Shown one piece after another: positions 51,475 through 61,800 of a stretch of DNA of 64,000 bases. Below the pieces are notes generated by a model, which saw only the letters and a program-made list of their open reading frames with translations, ran no database searches and was not told the origin of the DNA. Source of the DNA: Setoptus koraiensis (taxonomy: Eukaryota; Animalia; Arthropoda). The stretch is taken from assembly GCA_048013815.1 (NCBI GenBank), contig CM106586.1:18414001-18478000 (forward strand), in the 5' to 3' direction. A program made the position numbers and the translations under genes. Numbering within the stretch: position 1 is the first letter of the stretch; the number at the start of each line of letters is the position of its first letter.

Positions 51475-52176
51475 ATGGCCACCATAAAGCGCTCAATCAG
51501 CAAGAGCTTGCTGGCCAAAAAATACAGTCACCTGTTTTTGAGCAGCAGCAATTTGTCGCAACAGCAGCAACAACAACAACAACAACATGACACTAGTGAC
51601 AGAGTGATACAGATCAACAAGTCGTTAGATTCAGACGATTCGCCAAAACAACAACAATCACAGCGCCATCACAGCATTGGCATTTTCGGATCTTATCTAA
51701 CTCTCACTAGAGCGTCCCTGTCGGCCTCGTCAGTAGTCAATCTGTCATCGTCGCCCACCAGCACCACCACCACCAGCAGCACCCCGTCAAACAAGCACGA
51801 CACTAGCGCCACACTGGCGTCAAAAACGCCAACAACGGCAGCCACCCTGCCCAATCAAAAGCAACAGCAACAGCAGCAGCAGCAAACCGGCAGAAAAAAG
51901 TCGGGCTTTTCCTATTTAAAATCAAGCAGCAAATCATCGACGCCAATAAGTGATAAAATGACAAATAGTAGCAAAAAATTGAGCAAGAGCAGCAGCAGCC
52001 TGTTGAGCAAGTCCGCAAAATCGTCAAACGACACCAACAACAACAGCAGCATCCAAATAAGTGTGGGCCGCTCCAGCAGCGAGCAGAAAATTCCCAAAAG
52101 AAAGCTCAAAGTGAAACTGTTCGAGCAGCCCCTGAGCAAGCTCGTGGTCAACAACCAGTTGCCCGTGTCCATCCAG
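51475..52176 (+). CDS. ARHGAP20: RhoGAP (ARHGAP20/TAGAP-like), first visible coding exon: S/Q-rich low-complexity N-terminus and start of the GAP domain (KLFEQPLSKL...LPVSIQ)
   Basis: Seen: ATG in AATCATGG context at 51475, 702 nt open to donor CAG|GTGAGT at 52177. Knowledge: LF(G/E)QPL...LP is the N-terminal RhoGAP motif. An in-frame AG at 51449-50 could make this an internal exon. Orthology to ARHGAP20 versus TAGAP is not resolved. Confidence 0.82.
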
Positions 52177-52383
52177 GTGAGTTTAGGTTTGTGGTGGCCA
52201 TTGCGGCCGCTTCGGGCTCAGCATGGCCGCGCAAAGCGCAATCGATTATTCAATTATCAATCGCTATTATGATCCGATAAACTAACGACAATTATTTTGA
52301 TCCAATGACCACAATTATCACGACCCAACGACGACAATTATCACGACCCATCGACGACAATCGTTTGCAATTGGCGCCAACAG

Positions 52384-52545
52384 AATCTGCTCTATCAGCT
52401 GTACGTGAAGGGCCCCAGCACGGTAGGCATCTTCAGGAAGTCGGCCAACAGTCGTCACTGCAAGGAGCTGCGGGCCACGCTCGAGTCCAACTGCTACGCA
52501 AACATCGACCAGACGCCTATATTGGTTGTGGCCTCAGTGTTCAAG
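52384..52545 (+). CDS. ARHGAP20: RhoGAP exon containing the arginine finger (NLLYQLYVKGPSTVGIFRKSANSRHCKELRATLESNCYANIDQTPILVVASVFK)
   Basis: Seen: acceptor CAACAG| at 52383 and donor AAG|GTGAGT at 52546, both phase 0; exon 162 nt. Knowledge: KGP-x-T-x-GIFR-x-S/A-AN...KEL and V-x-S-V-F/L-K match ARHGAP20/TAGAP GAP domains. Catalytic Arg codon at 52435-52437. The gene is 3'-partial in this window. Confidence 0.92.
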
Positions 52546-54049
52546 GTGAGTCTAATGGATAAATTATGATTGCGTAATGCCGCCGCCATCAACTGCGGCT
52601 CTGTGGCCGGGCGAGCGAGTTGTAGCTGGCCGTGGTTGTTGGTGGTTTGTTTCAGTGGTTTTGTTGGTTTCAGTAGTTGGGTTTGCTAGTTAGTTTCGTT
52701 AGCTAGTTTGCTAGTTAGTGGACGAGTAGTGAGCTGAGAAACTCTCTAGTAGGCACGCCGAGAAGCCGAGATGCCGAGATGCAGCGACCATATTATACAA
52801 ACACACGGGATAAGATTGTCTATTTCAATGCAATCTTGCATCCAATATCCTATGCGTGGTGACGAGGAAATATCGATGTTGTTGTTGTTGTCGTTTCGCT
52901 GAACTCTGTTGTGAAACTCGTTTCATTTTAACTTTTTCACTACTATTAATATTATCGCTTTGCAACAGTCAATTCTCGCTAGTTAGTCACAAACACTGCG
53001 TGCGTATATTCTAACAAGTAGAGACATAGTAGACAAATAGCGTGGACAGGTGAATTCTTCTCCTAGGCTTCTTCTAGGAAGGAATTGTTGTTTTATATAA
53101 AAGTTAATTTCAAGCGACTGGCTGCCAGGCTGGCATCACGCAGCAAAACGATGATAAATTGTGTTGGTCTCACTTTTTGTGTGCCGGCGCTCAAGTGGCT
53201 TCCATGCGGCTTGGCATTTTTCGCACATTTTGCGGGCCGGCAGCAGCGAAAGGGTTTCACGCGATCATGCGGCGTGCCGGCAACAACAGCCGGCAACGAC
53301 CGACAACGACCGGCAACAACACACAACAACACACAACAACACACAACAACACACAACAACACACAACAACACACAACAACAACCGACAACACACAACAAC
53401 AACCGACAACAACCAGCGACAACAACAAGCCGGCGAGCGACAGTGAGGCAGCAAGGGGTTTATTGAACTTGAACAGCTTGCCGCAGCAGCAACAACAGCA
53501 ACAACATCGTCCGCATCGGCAACAACAGCCTCGCTTGACCACCACCGGTGCCGCCGCCAACAATGACAGTGGTCAGGTGATGCGCCAACGTGACGTCATG
53601 ACGCTGTTGTGATAAACGCCATTCACGCCACTCGGCCGTCTCGTACCACTCTGACAAGATAAATCGGCTCGGCGCTCCGATGAATGAGCGACATTTCATT
53701 GTCTCTCCAAGCGCATGATAGATGCAAAGATCTGCATGATTATGATGAATGAGACTCCCTCTGCTTCTTTTTGGCTCTCTTTTGCGTTCTCTCTCAACCT
53801 TTGCCTCTCACTTGTTCAGTGCGGACGTCCCCACAAATCCCCGACTCCACAAATCCCCCGGTCGGCCAATCCCCGAGTCCACCAATCCCCCAGTCGACAA
53901 GTGCACGAATCCACGCGAATTAACAAATCCACGGATCCACAAATTCACGAATCAGACGAGTTAGTCTGGCCGGCACTGGTTGCAACATTATACAAAACAT
54001 TGCACAAAACATTGTACAACGTTTTAGCAAGTTTTGTGCAACGCACTGG

Positions 54050-54068
54050 CAGCGCCCTCTGGCGGCCA
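54050..54068. promoter_or_regulatory. CTCF-like binding motif CAGCGCCCTCTGGCGGCCA
   Basis: Seen: close match to the reverse-complement CTCF consensus (YGCCMYCTRSTGG, one mismatch, plus matching flanks). Binding is inferred only. Confidence 0.35.
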
Positions 54069-54229
54069 GGTGCGCACTCACGGCCGGTGAGGTATTGGCG
54101 TGATTGGCTTGTAACTGGCAACTGGGCTCAATACTGGTAATGTAATGTCGCCCAGTTGACACGACGACCAGCTGACTGGGCCAATCGCGAACAGCGTTGG
54201 CCTAACCAATATTTACCCTCGACTTGCGA

Positions 54230-54472
54230 CTTGCATCTTGCATCTTGCATCTTGCATCTTGCATCTTGCATCTTGCATCTTGCATCTTGAGTCGGATATT
54301 TACTTATGGTCGGGTTTCGATTGCGCGTTCATTTCGCTGTGATTTCGCTGAGATTTCGCTGCGATTTCGCTGAGATTTCGCTGCGATTTCGCTGCGATTT
54401 CGCTGAGATTTCGCTGCGATTTCGCTGAGATTCCGCTGCGATTTCGCTGTGATTTTGCTGTGATTTCGCTGT
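54230..54472. repeat. 7-mer CTTGCAT x~8 (54230-54289) followed by 11-mer GATTTCGCT(GC/GA/GT) x~13 (54331-54472)
   Basis: Seen directly; inside the RhoGAP intron. Confidence 0.9.
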
Positions 54473-55400
54473 TGCGATTCTCCTGCCAGCTGCCTGCAGT
54501 CACAGCGACACTCGTCGCGAGCGGCTCATTGCGACAACAGCTCGCCGACTCGCCAGAATCGTCACACTGTCGTCGGGGCTTGCAAGTGGGCGACAGGCTT
54601 GCCGCTCGCGACAGGCAGCAGCCGGCGAGAGGCGGCGCAACGAGCGCCGCATAGGCGGCCCCTGCGACCGGCGTGTGCGTCTTGTTAATTAGGCGCTGAC
54701 GTAAGCCGCCGACAGGTAAGAGTGGCTGCGTTTGCAATTGGCAATTAGCGAGCGCTTGCGTGCAAACAATGGGCCAAATTACAAGTGTGCACACTTGTAA
54801 TTTGGGCTGACTGGCTGGCTCACAAGACGAGCTGGCGTTCGTTTGAGGCGACTTGATTACAGCGTATCGATGGTATCATCGATCGCTTGTGCTGGCACGG
54901 TGTTCGGATATTCGAGAATTCGCGAATTCGAGTGTTCGAGCGTTCGAGTGTCGACTCTCGACTCGAGTTTGTGTGCCCAGACGCCGTCTTGCGACTCGTC
55001 GGCGTTGTCTCGCCAGCAGAGCTCACCTGTGCTCACTTGATTGTGAGCTACCTGCCGACAATCAAGTGAGACGCTCGCCGGTTGCAGCGCCAGCATCAAG
55101 GCGCCGACAGGTATCGCGTCACGTTCGAGTCTTGTCACAACGTCGTTGTCAGCTAACGAGTTGCCGACACTGACAATTTGTGAATGGCGTCTGTTGCGTC
55201 GTCGTTGTGTGCGTCGCAACATTCTCGGCACCGTCGACCTGGCGCAATTTCTCGGAACTAACTCGTTCACTTTGTCTAACTCGCAGTCTAACTCGCAGTT
55301 TAAGGGCAAAAGACGGGTTTTGGCGCGTGCTTGCACCACGCTGGAGTGTTGCGACACGATCGGACGTGACACCGGCGGCAACTTTGCATCCAGTGCGAAC

Positions 55401-55508
55401 GCACCACAAAACATGCAGTCTGCACCGCGAAACATACAGCCTGCACCACAAGACATGCAGTCTGCACCACAAGACATGCAGTCTGCACCACAAAACATAC
55501 AGTCTGCA
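55401..55508. repeat. 21-bp tandem repeat GCACCACAA(A/G)ACATGCAGTCT x~5
   Basis: Seen directly. Confidence 0.88.
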
Positions 55509-56776
55509 GCACAGAGGCGCAGATGCACGTAGATGCGGGACGACACAGGTGAAAACAAGCTGTTAGCGAGCTGTCGGCGAGTGCCGGCGAGTTAGCTGCA
55601 AACGGCGAGTTGGCTGCAAACGGCGAGTTGGCTGCAAATTTACTTATTGCTGGCAGCGCTCAAAAGTGCCAATTAGCCGGCGTGCGTCGCTGGATATAAG
55701 ATTGTGGGTATCAAATTGTCGCTGCCATCAAATCGCTGCGAATCCATCAAATCGCTGCCGCTATCAAATGTCAAATGTCGCGCTGTTTGTTTTGGTGGCT
55801 CGGGCCGGCCGACGCGACACTGACGCATCGTTCACTGCGCCCAGCCAGCGACGCAACGCTGCGCCGCAAATCCGTACATCACACTCACAATTGAATTATA
55901 TTACATAATATAATACCCTGACTGCCGGACGAGCAATTGTTGTCTGACACTGTTGTCGATCGCTGTCGAGCTGCTCGCCCGGCAAGACGGCGCACATAGA
56001 CTGTCTATTGCTGCTGTTTGTGATACATGGTGATATACGGTGATATACGGTGATATTTGGTGATATATGGTGATGGACAAATGTGCACATGTGCGCGCGT
56101 GCGAGATTGCGCAAGGCGCGCGACGAGCAGCGCGAGCGAGCTTACGCAATCCTGTTGCTGTTTGCTGTTTATCGTTTGTGTATAAATGTTTGTAATCGTC
56201 CTTTTAATCGTTTGCTAGTCATCGTTGGCTGTTCATCGCTGGCTAGTCATCGTTGGCTGTTCATCGCTTGTTGTTTGTGCGCGGCTTATGCAATTATTAT
56301 CGCCACTCGACAGGTCGTTTCAATTGTGCGGCCAGCGGCTGTGGTCGCATCACTCGCTCGCCCGTGAATAATTGACGCTGAATAACGATCCATAACTCAC
56401 AACTCACCCCAGTTAGCTACTGACTGACAATTGCCAGCTCGCAGCGCACAATCGCAGCTCGCAATCGTCGGCCAGCGCACCACGTGATACCCGGCCTGTC
56501 GCGCTGACCGCGAGAAAGTGGGCGCGCCTCCGCTCATCGCCCTCGCTCATCGGGCCCGTGCGGCCATAATTCACACTGGACAGCTCATTGTGTTATCATT
56601 TTGGTCATCATTGCGCATTATCGCTGCGCTTTACATTGTGCGCGGTGCGAGCGGCGCTCATTGAATGCAGTGCAAACTTTTAAATTAATGCTAATTAATG
56701 GCGAGTGGGCGACCGCAATCGGCAGCGGTGAACTATTGGCACTCGCTCGGGTCGCTCTCTTGCTCGTTTGCTCGTC

Positions 56777-57103
56777 CGCTCGCTCGGGTCGCTCGCTCGG
56801 GTCGCTCGCTCGGGTCGCTCGCTCGGGTCGCTCGCTCGGGTCGCTTGTTTGCGTCGCTGTGGGCACCGTCGTTGCGCATCCAGATCCCTGGCGAGATATG
56901 GCCATATTTGTGCGAGTGTGTGTGTGTGTGTGTGTGTGCCATTAATTAATGGCCGATTACCGGCTGACCGGCCGGCGAGCTGGCCGGCGACGCGCGAGTG
57001 CTATCGGCCAATCAATTAGCTAATTCGCTCGTTGTGTCATTCCGTTGCTCTGTCGTTGCTCTGTCGTTGCTCTGTCGTTGCTCTGTCGTTGCTCTGTCGT
57101 TGC
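56777..57103. repeat. 13-mer CGCTCGCTCGGGT x5 (56777-56845) and 11-mer CGTTGCTCTGT x~5.5 (57043-57103)
   Basis: Seen directly. Confidence 0.9.
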
Positions 57104-60100
57104 GTCGTTCGCTCGTTCAGTCGCTCTGTCGCTCTGTCGGCCAGAGCTGGCACCATTGGCAGCGACCACCTAACAGGAAGTGACAGTCGCCCGACCGGTC
57201 GGGTCAAGGTGTCAGCTGAGCGAGTCTTGGCAGCTCAGGTTGAGCGCGCTCTCGTTTCAGCGCGCTCTGACACTTGTCAGTGGCACTGACTCAGTGCCAA
57301 ATTCGAGCGCAGTTCACGCAGCCGATCGGCGGCAGCTCCATTTATGACAATCTCATTACGACATGTGTCTCGCCCGCCGCCAGCTGGTCGCCGGTCGGTT
57401 CGCCGGCCGGTTTGACGGTCAGCGCGCGGTCTGGCCGGTTGCGCGACGAGCCGCACGCACAGTGCGCTGTGAGATGGGCCGGCCCGGTCGACGGGCCCGG
57501 CCGACGGGCGCACCGCACAGAAGCGGCCACTAATTAATTGGCTGCACGCGTTGAGTGGCCGGCCGGCCGGCCGGCGGCCACTCGTTGGTCGCTGGCCGGA
57601 TAATTCGAGCCAATCGCGGTTGCGCGTTCGCCCGTCTGGGCGCTCGTTCGTTCGCGAGCCCTCGCCCGCTTCACCCGCACAGCGCTCGCCCGCCTCACCC
57701 GCACAGCGCTCGCCAGAGCCGCGCCAAGAGAGAGCGTCCGTTTTACCGAGTCCGTTTCACAGAGACGAGTCGCTGCCCGCGACTGCGCCCGGGACTCGGC
57801 TCGAGAGTCGGGACGCCGCTCGAGAGTCGGGACTCGGGCGCGGACGCCGCTCGAGAGCGAGTGCGCCTCGGCCAGCAAAGTGGCGACTGGCCGAACAAAG
57901 TGGCCGGCTCGTCTCGTTTGCGGCTCGCTGGCAATGTTTGCACACGATGCAAACGATCCGCTGCTGGGCGCCGAGCGCAATTGGCATCGATCGTTTAAAT
58001 CGATGGTCGAGTGATACGATCTTATCTCGCTCTGTTATCTCTGTGGCTCGTTTGTGGCCGGTTGTTTGTGGCCAGTCGCTTGTGGCGAGCGACGCAAACA
58101 GCGAAAACAAACAGCCATTAGCTGACCACTGGGTTTGCACACACATTGTGAATGCAAACAACTTTCAATTGGTTTTATCAGCGCAACAAGTTGAACAATT
58201 CGTTTAAAAAGTCTAAATGAACGGCTCGATCGTGTTCGCCTATCGTCGTATTATCGAAACTGTAGCCGGCCTGGCGCTCATTATTGATTATGGCAAAAGT
58301 CGATAATCAATAATCGCTACCAGCGCTCCCAGTGGCCAACCACCGACAGTTGCCAGTTCACCTGTTGGCATTTGTTGCATTTGCATGTCATTAGTTTGCG
58401 CTTGCTGCCCCTTGCCGATCGGCCTCGTCGTCGTTGTTGGCGTCGTCGCGAGTTTTAGTGTTTCATTGCATTATTTGCCATTACACACTGTTTGCCGTTA
58501 CGTCATTTGTTGCCGTTGCGTCATTTGGCGTCCATTCGCGGCTATATTATTACTATTGCTATCGCTATTATTATTACTGCTATTATTATTACTATTACTA
58601 TTATTATTATTATTATTATTATTGTTTGCACTGTGTTGCCCTCGTTTGCTTGTTCGCACACTAAAACTTTACAACTTGTCCCACCGACGGCCAGCGCTGG
58701 CCAGCGCTGGCCACCGCTGGCAGCGAGCCAATTAGCTGCCGCCAGCCGGCCGCCGATGACAACTCAATAAATCTTCATCGACTTCCGGTCGGTCAAATAA
58801 ATCACTGGCATATGTTATCGAATGACCAGTATTGCATGTTATGTAAAGTTGACGATGAACTTCATGCTGACCATCGGCCAATATCGACGCTATCAGCAGT
58901 GCTTAGGTCACCCGTTGCACCCGTTTGATTGCCGCACCGCCATGCACCGCCACGCACCTCTTTGCACCTCTCTGCACCGCCTTGCAGCGTCTTTATAACG
59001 GCGCTAAATGATATGGTGGCTACACAATGTCGTGGCACAATGTTGCATCATGCTTCCTCTGATACTCTCGTTATGTTGTTATAATTGGTACGTAATGAGC
59101 CAAGCGGCAAATTGTCGCGCTGACAGTGTCACCGGCCAGCCTCGCTGCTGACATCGTTACAAGCCAGCGACGCTGCCGACCAAGTTACGCAATGCGCTGC
59201 TGCCGCGACAATTTATGGCCATTGATATTACGTCATCCGTGGCATGATGTTTGTGTGTAATTAATCAGCTGTGTCAGCTGTCAGAGCTGGACGACAGAGA
59301 CAGCTGATTCAATTGAATTCTTATTCTTACGTAACTGTGTGTCTCAATGTGTCTCAGTGTGTCTCAGTGTGTTTCAGTGTGTGTTTGACAGTTGTCAGCG
59401 GCATGAAATATAGCCCGGCCGAGCGGCGATAATGTTCGCCAGTGACAGGCGAAAGGGTTGTTATCGCGCCGGCCAGCTGTTGATTGCTGCCCGATGTGCC
59501 TGATCTAATTTATCATCAATTTATTGGTGTGAAAAATGATAATAAGGAAACGGGCGGCGCCGTTAAACGGCCACTGCCCGATACTGCCAACTACGATGCC
59601 ATGATGCCGATGATTACGCCATCGCTGGCCATCGCGCGCGAAAATGGCCAGCGATGGCCAGACAGCGCTGACTAGCTTGCCATTTTCGAATTCGCATTGA
59701 ATCGAGCAACGGGCAGCGCTCGTTAATCGAATTGCGTCTGGCCGCTGCAGCAATTTTATTGGATACATTCACTTAATCTCGTTCCGTTGGCCACTATCGC
59801 TCGGCGCTCTAATTGCAACGACGCTCTCTCTCTTACGCTTTCTCCGACGCTCTGTCGGACGCCATCAGCGACGGCTTCGGCACTCACACGCCCGATCAGA
59901 GCGCATTATATCACTTAATATAATAGTGATAATAATATCGCCTGATCCGATCTGGCTACCAGTTAGTTGAGTTGTATCCGCCATTCCGCCGGCATTTGCT
60001 GCTCTCGCTCTGGGCTCATCATGACGGCTCGCTGTACGGCTCGCTGTACGGCTCGCTGCACCATGTGCCAGCCGGCATACGGCTGCCGAGCCAATGATAT

Positions 60101-60808
60101 TGATACTTTTCTCTGTCAATTGGTCCAATTTAAGCGAGCATCACTTAGCTTGCCCAAGTGGCAAGCGGCGGATATTTCCTTTGGCGCTTCTCACCACCGC
60201 TAACTGTGTGTGTGTGTGTGTGTGCCCTTTATACTAGCTAACTTCTAGAGGGTTAATAATGATGAATGTTGCTGCTGCCGTTGTTACATAATGGCGAGCA
60301 AAAAACGATTCAACGCAAGCCGGCTACCCGCGCCTGACAGAACTGGCCGCGCCCGACGGGGCAGGCTTTCTCTGGCTAACGAGCCACAGGCGGCCGAGCT
60401 CCGTGCCGAGAGGTAGCCGCCGAGGGGTAGCCGCCGAGAGGTAGCCGCCGAGAGGTAGCGAAAGTAGCTATCGAGCGAAGCAGAAGGAGAAAGAGCAAGA
60501 AAGTAACGGAAAGTAACGAAAGCGATAGGATTTCCTTTTGGGATTCCAATTACCGCTGGCGGCGAGCGAGCGAGAGAGCGCAACTGGCAGCCGGCGCTGA
60601 TGATGATGATAAATCAATGATACAAAAGTAACAACCGTTGTTTGTGCCTTATTGACACTGCCCGCTTACCTGTCGCTCGCCGGCCGCTTACCTGTCGCTC
60701 GCCGGCCGCTCACCTGTCGCTGGGCCGGCGCCGCCTGCCTGCTGCTCGCCCGTTGAATCGATTGATTTTCGCTACTGCAGTATTAACGATCGCATTGTTG
60801 TCGCTGTC

Positions 60809-60842
<34 letters not shown>

Positions 60843-61754
60843 CTGCCGTTGTTGTCGTTATCGAGTCGATATTGAATGATCGCGCGGCGGCGCTTCCTAC
60901 TTTGGCCCTTGTTCAATCATCAATCATTAGCGACAGCGGCCCTTTCTTACATCATACAACGACTTGTATCATACAACTTATATCATATGATATAAGTTAT
61001 GTGTGAGGCTCTCACAGTGAGACTGGCAGCACCGCCGCTCGCTTGCCACAGCCGGCACAATGCTCACCTGTCCGCAAGCTGCACACATGACATAATGGCA
61101 GCAGTGAGCGTAGTGAGTGGAGTAACGGTAAATACGAATAGCGCTGAAATACGAGCACAAGCAGCGCACTGTCAAAGGTGTCTCGTCGCCAACAAAGGAT
61201 AACGCACTCTCTCCTCGTTGTTGTTGTTGTTGTTGTCGCTGTCTCGTTGCGTCATGTGCTGCTGCCAGCGTCTTGGCGAGTCGGCCAAACAGCCACGCAA
61301 TAGGCACTGTTGGCCAGCAGCGTCACCTTGTTGCAGCTTGTGGTGTTATGTAACTTGTGGTGTTATGTAACTTGTACTGTTGTGTGTCGCATCGCCGTTG
61401 CACGACAGTGGCCTGCGCAAGTGGCCTCAGACTGTGCAGACACTTTCAAGTTGGTGCCTTAGCAGTGCTAAGTTAGCACACACAAAGTGAACGCCAAGGC
61501 ACCAACTGACACTCCACTGACACTCAGCTGACTGTCAGCTGGCAGTCAGCTGGCAGAGGAGCCAGCTGTGGGCTCATGTGTGCTTATTGCGGCATCGTCA
61601 AATCAATTGTCACTGTCCCATTGTATTGATTGCGCAACCGATACACACCGCCGTCCATACTGTGCGCTGTCGGTGCGCATTGTTGATGTGCATCGTTGTG
61701 GTGAGTGGTTGCTGTTTGACTGGTGGCCGTCGATTGACTCTCACCTGTGCTCAC

Positions 61755-61755
<1 letters not shown>

Positions 61756-61797
<42 letters not shown>
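61756..61797. repeat. (TG)n dinucleotide microsatellite
   Basis: Seen directly; a (GA)n tract lies at 30988-31015. Confidence 0.95.

Positions 61798-61800
<3 letters not shown>

Noticed and set aside
59484-59675. ORF LPDVPDLIYHQFIGVKNDNKE... faintly resembling the missing next RhoGAP exon
   Set aside because: An in-frame TGA (59481-59483) lies between the nearest AG (59475-76) and the ORF. A phase-0 join reads a different frame that stops, and there is no DFLR motif.
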